In this document: positions 1 through 8,427 of the stretch, in pieces
Layout of the letters: each line of letters opens with the position of its first letter
How positions within the stretch are numbered: the first letter of the stretch is position 1
Origin: a virus
Virus record (IMG/VR): IMGVR_UViG_3300032286_000510
Location: 1-64,000 of that record
Strand: one strand, 5' to 3'
Length of the DNA: 64,000 nt
Program-made: the position numbers and the translations under genes
Notes under the pieces: generated by a model
Told to the model about the DNA's origin: nothing
The model's input: the letters and a program-made list of their open reading frames with translations, nothing else
Databases searched by the model: none

Positions 1-173
1 AAGCATCTCTTCGGAATGCTCTTGCGTTTGCGGCACGAACTGAAAAACCAATGGTGACTTCTGGAATTGCTGATGTGATTAGTCGCATTAACACTTTGAT
101 TGGAACTCATCAAATGTTGGATAGTTTTGAGAGTATGATGGATGGCAAATCAGGATTCGGTAAATTCTTTTAA
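1..173 (+). CDS. 3' part of conserved cyanophage hypothetical protein (partial)
   Basis: Open frame ...ASLRNALAFAARTEKPMVTSGIADVISRI...GKFF* ending TAA 171-173. Confidence 0.65.
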   Translation, partial: ASLRNALAFAARTEKPMVTSGIADVISRINTLIGTHQMLDSFESMMDGKSGFGKFF

Positions 174-186
174 TAGGAGAAAACTT

Positions 187-618
187 ATGACTGACAAATA
201 TCTAAGTCACGAAGAAATGTTGGAGATTGCGGAACAACGAGAAAAAGAAAACGAAGAAGCAACCAAACCTAAAAGTCTTGGAACATCATTAGAACAGTGG
301 TGGGATTCTGAAGCACACAAACAACTACAAGAAACATCAGAAGCAACAGTTCAAAGAGCATTAGAAAAGTATTCTATGCTTTCCGAAGATGATAAGTATG
401 ACATGGTTCAAGCAATCTGTCATATTATGTGTGAGGCAGAAAAGAAAGGTGTCAGTCATCGTGGTCTAATGGATGAACTGGGTGTCTATCCTGCTGGTTT
501 CTGGATTTTAGAACTGATGGATGTTCATAATTCATTATGGTCCGAATTCAGAAAACGTAAGAATGATGCCGAGTTAGACCGAGAGATTAAGGTGCTTCAA
601 GACTTTGGGGAAACCTGA
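187..618 (+). CDS. hypothetical protein
   Basis: ORF 142..618; AGGAG SD at ~175-179 favours ATG 187. Confidence 0.7.
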   Translation: MTDKYLSHEEMLEIAEQREKENEEATKPKSLGTSLEQWWDSEAHKQLQETSEATVQRALEKYSMLSEDDKYDMVQAICHIMCEAEKKGVSHRGLMDELGVYPAGFWILELMDVHNSLWSEFRKRKNDAELDREIKVLQDFGET

Positions 619-690
619 AGATATTCTTAAGGAATTGTCATATTCCTAGATAGTGTGTTAGAATGCTGACATACACATATGGAGAACTTT

Positions 691-849
691 ATGGAACTAA
701 CAACTGAAGAATGGAACGAACTCGTAGCACTCAAAAACGCAATTAACTACAATCCAGCATCAGTTCATCCCAAAAAAATGGAACTATTTACAGAACTTCT
801 TGTAAGGTCTTGGGAAGGAAAGGGGGATGATAGAACCTTTGATAAATAA
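691..849 (+). CDS. small hypothetical cyanophage protein
   Basis: GGAG SD, MELTTEEWNELVALKNAINYNPASVHP...FDK*; below ORF-track cutoff. Confidence 0.65.
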   Translation: MELTTEEWNELVALKNAINYNPASVHPKKMELFTELLVRSWEGKGDDRTFDK

Positions 850-871
850 TCAAAGGTATTTTTGTATCTAA

Positions 872-1576
872 ATGATTTCGGAAGCAAGTAGAAGAGAGAA
901 GATTGCTAATGCTGTCCTTGGTGCAACATTTGCATTAAGTGCAGCACAATCCCCCAAAGACTTTGTAAGAACAGGAAATATTGAAAGTCCTGGAACTGCT
1001 CTAATGCAAACTTGGGGAAGAAGAAGAGGAGAAGCAGAAAGAAATCTAAATAGTGCTAGAGTTTCGGACCCAGCAAGAAATAAAAAAATGAAAACATTTA
1101 GAGAGTTTTTAGAAGAAACATATCTTTCTGAAATGAGAAAGGAAGATAAAGTTGCAGGAAAGCAGAAAACTCCACTTTATAATGTTAAAACAAATAAAAA
1201 ATTAGAAAAAACACCAGAAGGTAAGTGGGAAACGAAGACCACCACTTACAAGAGACCAAGTGCAGAAGCAACTTTTGGAAGGTCAATGCCTCTTCACGCA
1301 CACGGAAAGCGTAATGGAGTATCAGGAATCAATCGTGGTGTGAAGCAAGCAGATCAAAAGAAACCATATGTGCCAACACCTGACGCAAAGCAAAGAGCAC
1401 ATCATAAAACTTTCTTTAGATATCATCACGGTGAAGTAGCAGATACTAAAAGAAAAGAAGCACAAAAAACTGGATTTACACAAGCATCAAAAGAATGGAG
1501 TTCGTCCAAACCAAAGACTAAACCAAGTGCGGCAGAACGTATGTCGGCAGCAGCAGATAAACTTGGACTGAAATGA
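872..1576 (+). CDS. basic late protein with internal capsid-targeting-like peptide (MKTFREFLEE)
   Basis: ATAAATA upstream; internal motif resembles T4 IP CTS MKTYQEFIAE. Confidence 0.7.
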   Translation: MISEASRREKIANAVLGATFALSAAQSPKDFVRTGNIESPGTALMQTWGRRRGEAERNLNSARVSDPARNKKMKTFREFLEETYLSEMRKEDKVAGKQKTPLYNVKTNKKLEKTPEGKWETKTTTYKRPSAEATFGRSMPLHAHGKRNGVSGINRGVKQADQKKPYVPTPDAKQRAHHKTFFRYHHGEVADTKRKEAQKTGFTQASKEWSSSKPKTKPSAAERMSAAADKLGLK

Positions 1577-2172
1577 AAACATTTAAAGAGTTTTTAGAAG
1601 AATCATATTTAATTGAAGCAAGACAACCAACATTTTCAAGTAGAGCGGAACTTGAAAAGCACCATAAAGGAATTCCATCAGGAATGGTTGCTAATAATGC
1701 TGGAAGTTCTGAAAATCCAAAATGGAGACTTGTGTCGGCAGCAAATAGAAAGGGACAAACACAAAGAAGAAAAGAACGTCTTGGGGCAGTTACTGGTGAA
1801 TTATCAAATAAACAAAAACGACAAACAGGAACAAAAAGCAGACTTGCATCAAAAAGAAAAAAAGAACTTCATCACATTACCCCAACAGAAGAATCTGATA
1901 AAATAAGACGTTCTATGTCACCTAGTGAGTGGGAGCAAAGAAAAAAAGATGATGCCAAAAAAGGCATATACCACGGGAATCATCCAAGAAATTTAGCACT
2001 TGCAAATCCATCTCACGAACCAACAAATAGTCCAGGACTTCATCATTCTGATTATCACGCATTTGAGAGAAGAAATAGAAGAAAACTTGATAGTGTATCA
2101 AACGCAATAAGCACAAAGGATGCTTATCGTATTCTAAATAATAAAAGGAAAAGAGAACAGAAGAGTAGATGA
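1573..2172 (+). CDS. putative internal head protein with HNH-like domain
   Basis: N-term MKTFKEFLEE; ELHHITP...GNHPRNLAL...HSDYH resembles an HNH motif. Confidence 0.65.
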   Translation: MKTFKEFLEESYLIEARQPTFSSRAELEKHHKGIPSGMVANNAGSSENPKWRLVSAANRKGQTQRRKERLGAVTGELSNKQKRQTGTKSRLASKRKKELHHITPTEESDKIRRSMSPSEWEQRKKDDAKKGIYHGNHPRNLALANPSHEPTNSPGLHHSDYHAFERRNRRKLDSVSNAISTKDAYRILNNKRKREQKSR

Positions 2173-2558
2173 AAACCTTTCAGCAATTCATCGCAGAAGC
2201 AAAAGAGAAATCTCACGATGAAGTAATGAAAAAAATGAGCACAAATTGGAACCGGAATAATCCTGGTTCCAATTTTAATGTTGAATATAGACCATCAGAA
2301 GACTCAAATAAAAATCACATATATCTTGGATTGATTGACGTAAAGCACGGAAAAAGAAGAGCAGGCAAAGGAACTAGATTTGTTCGTGGAATTACAAGAT
2401 ACGCAGATAAACATAAGTTGCCAGTTAGTGTAAAACCAGTCCCAGAAAAAGGATATGAAGATAAATTAAAATCTTTTTATTCCAAACACGGATTTGAGGA
2501 CAATAAAACCAAAGAGATTGCCCCACATCCAATGATTCGTAATCCCAAAAATAAATAA
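2169..2558 (+). CDS. putative internal head protein with GNAT acetyltransferase domain
   Basis: N-term MKTFQQFIAE; V..GKRRAGKGT (motif A) and LKSFYSKHGF (motif B). Confidence 0.75.
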   Translation: MKTFQQFIAEAKEKSHDEVMKKMSTNWNRNNPGSNFNVEYRPSEDSNKNHIYLGLIDVKHGKRRAGKGTRFVRGITRYADKHKLPVSVKPVPEKGYEDKLKSFYSKHGFEDNKTKEIAPHPMIRNPKNK

Positions 2559-2568
2559 AAGTAAAACG

Positions 2569-3027
2569 ATGAAAACTTATCAAGAGTTCGTAGCAGAAGC
2601 AAAGAAGTGCTGGCCTGGGTATAAGAAAAAAGGCACCAAAAAACTATTTGGAAAGACTTATAATAATTGTGTAAAAGCAGAAGGATATGTTCCTCTTCGC
2701 ACATCAGATGAACATTATGATGATGAAGGTTTCCCAACAACAACTAGAAGTTGGTCTAAAAAAATGACAAATGCTAGACTTTCTGTTGGAAAACAAAAAA
2801 TGAGGTCAAGATATGATATTGGTGACCCAATTGGAAATTTAAGCAAAGGAGTTTCTGCTAAAAAAAGACTTGATGCTATGAAAAAAGTTGATGATGAACC
2901 AGAAAGTAAAAGAGCAAAGAGAAGTCAAGCAAAAGCAGCAGCAAATAAACAACTTGGAACAAATAGAAGAAGTCTTCAAACATCTTTGGATAGAGAACAT
3001 CTTACCAGAAGTTTGAAATCTAGTTGA
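2569..3027 (+). CDS. putative internal head protein
   Basis: N-term MKTYQEFVAE (9/10 to T4 CTS); CWPGYKKKGTK...YNNCV motif. Confidence 0.7.
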   Translation: MKTYQEFVAEAKKCWPGYKKKGTKKLFGKTYNNCVKAEGYVPLRTSDEHYDDEGFPTTTRSWSKKMTNARLSVGKQKMRSRYDIGDPIGNLSKGVSAKKRLDAMKKVDDEPESKRAKRSQAKAAANKQLGTNRRSLQTSLDREHLTRSLKSS

Positions 3028-3102
3028 GGGACACCTAATAGACTGGCATAAGACCCCACCCAGGGGTCTTTTTTATAAATACATAAAAAAGTATTTGTAA
3101 AG

Positions 3103-3507
3103 ATGAAGACTTATCAGCAGTTTATGATTGAGGCACAAGAAAGTATCTGTGAGGGTAAAGTGCCTTGGAATGACCCAAAGAACCCACTTCAATCTGGATA
3201 TACTCCAAAAGAAAAATCTGAAGCAAAAAGAAGACAACTTGGTGTAGATGACCCAAACACATCTTCTTTTGAAAAAGGTGGTCCAGGTGAAAAAGAATAT
3301 GCAAGACATGGAAATCTTGCTGCAACACAAGAAAAAATGAAGAAAAGGTCTAATCAACCAAAAGGAAAACCTCATCAATTTCGTAAAAATCCTTTTTGGA
3401 AAATGGACTTGGGGCAAGTAAAAAGAAAGATATTTGGAACGGAGGTTCCAAAAAATAAAAGAAGTTCATATGAAGGAAAAAATATGCCTTCTTTTACTAA
3501 AGATTAA
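3103..3507 (+). CDS. putative internal head protein
   Basis: Late promoter TATAAATA at 3074; N-term MKTYQQFMIE. Confidence 0.7.
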   Translation: MKTYQQFMIEAQESICEGKVPWNDPKNPLQSGYTPKEKSEAKRRQLGVDDPNTSSFEKGGPGEKEYARHGNLAATQEKMKKRSNQPKGKPHQFRKNPFWKMDLGQVKRKIFGTEVPKNKRSSYEGKNMPSFTKD

Positions 3508-3579
3508 AGCCACTTCCCAAACCGGCACAAGACCCCACCCAGGGGTCTTTTTTATAAATAACTAAAAAGTAGTTGTAAG

Positions 3580-4173
3580 ATGAACTCACAAGACCTTCAC
3601 AATCTTCAAGAAGCATATTTGGATGTTTATGAACTTGATGAAGCAAAGACACCTCTTCCTGTTGGAAAGATGGACGCAAAAGCAAAAGAATTGAAATCAA
3701 AATTTTTAAAATCAAAACCTGGAAGTCCCGAAGCAGGAAAACTTATTTCAAGAATAAGTCAAATAACAGCAACAAGAGATAGTAAAGTGGTTTCTGATAG
3801 TTATGACCTTTACGACATCATTCTTTCTCATCTTCTTGATGAAGGTTATGCTGACACTCAAGAACAAGCAGAAGTCATTATGGTGAATATGAGTGAAGAG
3901 TGGAGAGAAAGTATTTGTGAAGCAATGGTTGATTCTGGTCTAAAAGGTCAAGAAAAGAAAAAAATTAGAAATGAAAGAAACTTTGGAACAAATACATTAT
4001 CCAAATCCAAATCCACCAAAGAAAGACATAAAAAGCATAGAGAAATACGAGGTATGAAAAAAATAAAAGGTGATAAAACTGGAGAAAAAGAATCTTCAAT
4101 TTTATCGCAAAGTTCTAGGGTTCATAAGTCATATAATAATGGATATAATAGAGATGGTAGTTATATGGGTTGA
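3580..4173 (+). CDS. late protein, DLYDIILSHLLDEGY repeat-domain family
   Basis: TATAAATA upstream; shares modules with 5045 and 20776. Confidence 0.75.
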   Translation: MNSQDLHNLQEAYLDVYELDEAKTPLPVGKMDAKAKELKSKFLKSKPGSPEAGKLISRISQITATRDSKVVSDSYDLYDIILSHLLDEGYADTQEQAEVIMVNMSEEWRESICEAMVDSGLKGQEKKKIRNERNFGTNTLSKSKSTKERHKKHREIRGMKKIKGDKTGEKESSILSQSSRVHKSYNNGYNRDGSYMG

Positions 4174-4259
4174 AGACCACTTCCCAAACCGGCACAAGAC
4201 CCTTGCCGGACCCCAGACCCCGTGCTATGATTACTAGGTAATCAAATGAATGGGGCACG

Positions 4260-4490
4260 ATGGAAGTTCTTGAGATTAGCACCTCTGGTGCGATTGCTAA
4301 ACTTTCTTTCAATACTGAAACCAGTGAAGTTGGTGTGGCATATACTTACAAACCTGATAAGTTCTATCTTTTCAAGTGTGATAGTATTGATGGTTTCAAA
4401 GACAAACTTTACACTGCTTTTGATAATGGAGAAAGTGTTGGTAAGATGATTTCTCAAATGAAGAAAGATGGTGTCCTCGTGACTGTCTAG
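4260..4490 (+). CDS. KTSC-like small protein
   Basis: Early promoter TGCTATGAT upstream; SGAI...F...V.Y....Y...S.GK pattern. Confidence 0.5.
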   Translation: MEVLEISTSGAIAKLSFNTETSEVGVAYTYKPDKFYLFKCDSIDGFKDKLYTAFDNGESVGKMISQMKKDGVLVTV

Positions 4491-4505
4491 TTTTTTATTT
4501 TTTCT

Positions 4506-4578
4506 GCTCCTTTAGCTCTCTGGCGAAAGCACCGAACTCATAATTCGGCTAAGGTCGGTTCGATCCCGACAAGGAGCA
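4506..4578 (+). tRNA. tRNA-Met(CAT)
   Basis: GCTCCTT/AAGGAGC acceptor, ccgaa-CTCATAA-ttcgg, GGTTCGATCC. Confidence 0.9.
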
Positions 4579-4617
4579 CTTGGCAATCATAACTTTCTGT
4601 GGTATGATTGTCTCATC

Positions 4618-4691
4618 GGGAGGGTAGTCCAACGGCAGGAGACACCAAACTTAAAATTTGTCCAGTGCGGGTTCGAATCCCGCTCCTCCTA
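4618..4691 (+). tRNA. tRNA-Leu(TAA), short variable arm
   Basis: Cloverleaf, loop CTTAAAA, GGTTCGAATCC. Confidence 0.88.
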
Positions 4692-4723
4692 TCAAAATAA
4701 ATATAAGATATTGAAACACAACA

Positions 4724-5008
4724 ATGTCTTATAAGTTTAAAATCACTCACGCATACTGTTGGTACGATCAATGCAGTATGATTGTGAAAATGTACTTTAT
4801 TCAGGACATTCCATTTACCTTTGATGAACTTCCTGAAGAAGCAATATATGATAAAGAACTGATTGAAATTGCGAATAAGTATTACCACTATGAACCAGAA
4901 GATTTGTATAAAAATTCATTCTATCTTATAGATGAGGAGGCACATCCTTGTCTTTTTGATTTGGAATTGGAAAACCCAGAAGATATGCCTTTATTTAATG
5001 AATACTGA
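4724..5008 (+). CDS. conserved cyanophage hypothetical protein
   Basis: 94 aa ORF, IVKMYFIQDIPFTFDE motif. Confidence 0.75.
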   Translation: MSYKFKITHAYCWYDQCSMIVKMYFIQDIPFTFDELPEEAIYDKELIEIANKYYHYEPEDLYKNSFYLIDEEAHPCLFDLELENPEDMPLFNEY

Positions 5009-5044
5009 AATTATAAATAAATATATTAAAACCATAATAAAGTT

Positions 5045-5659
5045 ATGAATTACAAGGATCTACAGAATATTGCGCTTCTTTCTCAAGAAATTCTTACCGA
5101 ATCAGCAACTCAAAAGCACGATGCTTTGGATCGTTGGCCTTATACTTCTCCTTATCTTCAAGAATCAACTGAAGTTTCTGAAGAAAGAGCACCTGGAGTA
5201 AAGCCTTATCAACCCAGGGAACGTAATCCTCTTCCTAAAGAGAAACCACTCTCGGGTGAAAAAGGAGATGCAAGTGGTTATGGTGCTGATAAGAAGTTCA
5301 CTCAAGATACTGATAGAAAGTCATTCAAGCCTGGTGTAGATGTTCCAGCAGTAAAGAAATTTGGTAGAATTTCAAGATCTATTCCTCATGGTATTGGTGA
5401 CCACGCAAACAAAACTCAATCAAGAGTTTCTACAATCGTTAGAAAAGATCCTGGAGCACCAACTTCACAAAAACTTCCCCCAGAAGATAAGAAGAAACTA
5501 AGTCGTGAAATCATCAGAAAACCAAAGAATGAAGAGTATGATCTCTATGATGTAATTCTTTCTCACCTTCTTGATGAAGGTTATGCTGAAACTGTTGAAA
5601 ATGCAGAAGCAATTATGGTGAATATGAGTGAAGAGTGGAGAGATTCCATTCTCGGTTGA
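5045..5659 (+). CDS. late protein, DLYDVILSHLLDEGY repeat-domain family
   Basis: TATAAATA at ~5012; C-terminal shared module. Confidence 0.75.
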   Translation: MNYKDLQNIALLSQEILTESATQKHDALDRWPYTSPYLQESTEVSEERAPGVKPYQPRERNPLPKEKPLSGEKGDASGYGADKKFTQDTDRKSFKPGVDVPAVKKFGRISRSIPHGIGDHANKTQSRVSTIVRKDPGAPTSQKLPPEDKKKLSREIIRKPKNEEYDLYDVILSHLLDEGYAETVENAEAIMVNMSEEWRDSILG

Positions 5660-5714
5660 TTACTTGACGAAACTCTAAAAAACTGTTATATATAATATAC
5701 ACAACATTCAAACA

Positions 5715-5813
5715 ATGACTAACCTCCATTCACAACCTAAGAGTGATTATCCGATGAACCGCTGGTTTATTGGAGAAACCCTCTTGGTTGCGAATATGAT
5801 AAGTCAAAGTTAA
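5715..5813 (+). CDS. 32-aa leader-like peptide
   Basis: Behind TTGACG...TATAAT promoter; MTNLHSQPKSDYPMNRWFIGETLLVANMISQS*; terminator follows. Confidence 0.4.
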   Translation: MTNLHSQPKSDYPMNRWFIGETLLVANMISQS

Positions 5814-5837
5814 AAGACAAATCATAAAAAGCAATTA

Positions 5838-5872
5838 AGAGGGAGAATCCAAAAGATTCCCCCTCTTTTTTT
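5838..5872 (+). terminator. intrinsic terminator
   Basis: AAGAGGGAGAATC-caaaa-GATTCCCCCTCTT followed by T run. Confidence 0.75.
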
Positions 5873-6043
5873 ATGCCTTGTGCCAGTTGAGCAACTGGTC
5901 GTATGATTTGCCACTAGGGTCCAAACTCTGGTATATTGATTGGGTGGTGAGGGAAGCAGTCCTCAAACCTCCTGTGTGCCACTCACGAGACTGGCACAAC
6001 CCACTTGACCCAGACCGGGTTTGGTGGTATTCTAAGGGAGTGG

Positions 6044-6082
6044 TGAGGGAAGCAGTCCTCAAAGAAACTTGAAAACTGAATA
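6044..6082 (+). promoter_or_regulatory. boxB-like hairpin plus rrn-type boxA ahead of tRNA operon
   Basis: TGAGG-gaagcagt-CCTCA then AACTTGAAAACTGAATA, like cyanobacterial rrn boxA. Confidence 0.5.
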
Positions 6083-6097
6083 TTCACCATATTATAT

Positions 6098-6178
6098 GGG
6101 TCAGTTCCCCTAGCGGCGACGGGACCGGGCTTTTAACCCGTGATACAAACACCGTGGGTTCGAGTCCCACCTGACCCA
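6098..6178 (+). tRNA. tRNA-Lys(TTT), enlarged variable loop
   Basis: GGGTCAG/CTGACCC, loop CTTTTAA, GGTTCGAGTCC. Confidence 0.85.
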
Positions 6179-6202
6179 TTGACCGAGAATGTCATTAAAC
6201 TA

Positions 6203-6253
6203 TAGATGATTCAGCAAAAAAACTTTTTTTTGGTAAAAAAACAACATCATCTA
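6203..6253 (+). ncRNA. CAGCAA hairpin RNA (Thr-GGT-like loop)
   Basis: TAGATGAT/ATCATCTA stem, TCAGCAA, TTTTT-TTGGTAA-AAAAA. Confidence 0.6.
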
Positions 6254-6258
6254 GTCTT

Positions 6259-6349
6259 GGGAGAGTGCCTACTGTCGGCAATATGTGTAGGAGCAGTCTG
6301 TAAAACTGTCACTTAGGAACCATCGGGGGTTCGATTCCCTTCTCTCCCA
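6259..6349 (+). tRNA. tRNA-Tyr(GTA), enlarged D loop
   Basis: GGGAGAG/CTCTCCC, gcagt-CTGTAAA-actgt. Confidence 0.85.
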
Positions 6350-6352
6350 TTT

Positions 6353-6429
6353 GCCGTGGTTCAAAACTTTAGATAAGTCCAGTGGGGCACTTATCAAAGA
6401 GTTTTGGTTTAGATTCACGACCACACGGC
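6353..6429 (+). ncRNA. unassigned structured RNA between tRNAs
   Basis: GCCGT...ACGGC closing stem with long inner hairpin CAAAACTTT-AGATAAGT/ACTTATC-AAAGAGTTTTG. Confidence 0.45.
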
Positions 6430-6435
6430 ATATTT

Positions 6436-6508
6436 GGCTCTATAGTGAAGTGGTTTATCACGCCTACCTGTCTAGTAGGAATCACGAGTTCGAATCTCGT
6501 TAGGGTCG
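6436..6508 (+). tRNA. tRNA-Asp(GTC)
   Basis: cctac-CTGTCTA-gtagg; cloverleaf. Confidence 0.9.
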
Positions 6509-6556
6509 TTGCTGATTTGCGCTGGAGCTGATAATCCAGAATGCCGTCAGCATCAA

Positions 6557-6631
6557 GTTCCTGTCGTCTAATGGTTAGGACGATGCCCTTTCAAGGCATA
6601 AACGAGGGTTCAAATCCCTTCAGGAATACCA
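6557..6631 (+). tRNA. tRNA-Glu(TTC)
   Basis: atgcc-CTTTCAA-ggcat; encoded CCA. Confidence 0.92.
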
Positions 6632-6632
6632 A

Positions 6633-6706
6633 CGGAATGTAGCTCAGTTTGGTAGAGCATTCGCTTTGGGAGCGAGAGGTCGCAGGTTCGAATCCTGTCA
6701 TTCCGA
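6633..6706 (+). tRNA. tRNA-Pro(TGG)
   Basis: CGGAATG/CATTCCG; loop TTTGGGA. Confidence 0.93.
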
Positions 6707-6730
6707 TCGGAGATTTATCTCCAAACTTAT

Positions 6731-6804
6731 GGGAACATAGCTCCAATTGGTAGAGCACTTGTTTGAAGAACAAGGTGTTATCGGTTCAAATCCGATTGTT
6801 CCCA
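6731..6804 (+). tRNA. tRNA-Phe(GAA)
   Basis: cttgt-TTGAAGA-acaag. Confidence 0.92.
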
Positions 6805-6923
6805 CTTTGCTTACCTATTTTATAATAGGTTTTTATGGTAAGCATAAGCAAACCTATTTGAAAAAATGAAAAGTATGGAGTCCGTAGATTTCAAATCTAC
6901 ATTTACACCTGCTTTTCATATAA

Positions 6924-6996
6924 TGGAATGTAGCTCAGTTGGTAGAGCACACGGCTGATAACCGTGCGGTCACGAGTTCAAGTCTCGTCGTTCCAA
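6924..6996 (+). tRNA. tRNA-Ile(GAT)
   Basis: cacgg-CTGATAA-ccgtg. Confidence 0.93.
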
Positions 6997-7048
6997 TTGT
7001 TGTCTTCGGGCAACATAAAACCCTTATGGGTTGCTTCAAGACAACATT

Positions 7049-7139
7049 GGAAGTGTGGCAGAGTCCGGTTTATTGCAGAATCCTGCTAAGATTCCGTGTC
7101 AAGTAATTGGCACCACTGGTTCAAATCCAGTCACTTCCG
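7049..7139 (+). tRNA. tRNA-Ser(GCT)
   Basis: gaatc-CTGCTAA-gattc, long variable arm. Confidence 0.92.
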
Positions 7140-7140
7140 T

Positions 7141-7232
7141 TGAGAGAGCACCTTGGTCGGTGAGCACGACGGTGTTAGAGGCGGTTCGATTCCGTCCTTT
7201 GGCAATGGTGGTTCGATTCCACCTTCTCTCAA
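7141..7232 (+). ncRNA. tRNA-like RNA with two T-arms and no anticodon arm
   Basis: TGAGAGA/TCTCTCA closing stem; GGCGG-TTCGATT-CCGTC and GGTGG-TTCGATT-CCACC. Confidence 0.6.
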
Positions 7233-7236
7233 ATCT

Positions 7237-7324
7237 GGAGAATTGTCCGAGAGGATTATGGTGCAAACTTGGAAAGTTTGTGTGGATAAAACCACCAGAG
7301 GTTCGAATCCTCTATTCTCCGCCA
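7237..7324 (+). tRNA. tRNA-Ser(GGA)
   Basis: caaac-TTGGAAA-gtttg, long variable arm, CCA. Confidence 0.92.
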
Positions 7325-7396
7325 GGCAGTATAGTTCAGTGATAGAACAGAAGATTCATACCCTTCTCGTCGGTGGTTTGATTCCACCTACTGTCT
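7325..7396 (+). tRNA. tRNA-CAT (Met or Ile2)
   Basis: GGCAGTA/TACTGTC; loop TTCATAC; T loop TTTGATT. Confidence 0.8.
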
Positions 7397-7397
7397 T

Positions 7398-7474
7398 GTG
7401 TAGGTAGCATAAATGAAGAATGCACCAACTTGTGACGTTGGATTATGCCAGATTATACCTGGTCCTACACCCCA
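7398..7474 (+). tRNA. tRNA-His(GTG), degenerate T loop
   Basis: ccaac-TTGTGAC-gttgg; C73 then CCA; T loop ATTATAC. Confidence 0.8.
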
Positions 7475-7475
7475 A

Positions 7476-8216
7476 TTACAAATTCTTATAATCAATTTCC
7501 AATTTTTTACATCGTTTTCTTACGGCGTTATCACTAACACCTAAGATTTCTCCAACTTTAGTCATTGGATATTGTTTTATGAGAATTATGAGTTCTTCTT
7601 TTGATATCTCAAATTTTCTAGATTTGACTCCATTTCTTTCGGAAGAACATTTTCTACATCTATCGTTTTGTTTTTTGATTCTACAGTTACAATCTAGACA
7701 TTTGTTTATTAGTGGTAAATTTCTTCCTGAAAAAGTATGAGTTTGTGAATGGCAATTTGGGCATAGTAATCTTAGATTTTTTATCCGATTATCATTCCTA
7801 ATCCCATTTATATGGTCTAATTGTAATGAAATTGGTTTATTGTTCCAAACATCATATATGGAACATTCTGAACACTTATTTTCTAAAATATTTTCAGAAA
7901 CTAATCGTTTCTTTAAATGCCCTCTAGAATAACTTGAATTTTCTGTTAATATTGATGATAGATCTTTTTTATTATCTTTTGAAAATTTTCCTATACATAT
8001 AGATTTTCTATATTCATTGGAGTTTTTTTCAAATTTGGATAAATCATATCCTTCTTCTTTTATTCTAGACATAAATGTATTTCTCATTCCAGAATACGGA
8101 TTTAAGTTAAACTTTTCTAGAATTTCAGTATATGAATTCAATGAGTCTAATGCATTCTGAATTTCTTCTTTGGTTAGTTTCCAAATTTTACTTCTTTTTT
8201 CTCTTGCGGTTTTCAT
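7476..8216 (-). CDS. HNH homing endonuclease with C-terminal HTH
   Basis: CSEC...LQLDHINGIRNDNRIKNLRLLCPNCH; GVSDNAVRKR. Confidence 0.9.
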   Translation of the reverse strand: MKTAREKRSKIWKLTKEEIQNALDSLNSYTEILEKFNLNPYSGMRNTFMSRIKEEGYDLSKFEKNSNEYRKSICIGKFSKDNKKDLSSILTENSSYSRGHLKKRLVSENILENKCSECSIYDVWNNKPISLQLDHINGIRNDNRIKNLRLLCPNCHSQTHTFSGRNLPLINKCLDCNCRIKKQNDRCRKCSSERNGVKSRKFEISKEELIILIKQYPMTKVGEILGVSDNAVRKRCKKLEIDYKNL

Positions 8217-8279
8217 TATTGAACCCCTAAACTTGTTTATCCATTACATATCTATTTATCAAATAAAAAATACACCTTT

Positions 8280-8351
8280 GCCCTTATAGTTCAGTGATAG
8301 AACGCATTCTTGGTAAGAATGAGGTCGTGAGTTTGATTCTCACTGAGGGCT
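8280..8351 (+). tRNA. tRNA-Thr(GGT)
   Basis: cattc-TTGGTAA-gaatg. Confidence 0.9.
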
Positions 8352-8427
8352 TTGTCGGAAGTAATTACTCCGACAACGTGAAGCAGTTGGTCGCTCCAAC
8401 ACTATGTTGAATAGGTTTCACGTTAAT

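Noticed and set aside
6866-6919. tRNA-Sec or opal suppressor, implying a recoded genome
   Set aside because: Only an anticodon-like hairpin with no D or T arms; TGA acts as a normal stop throughout the window
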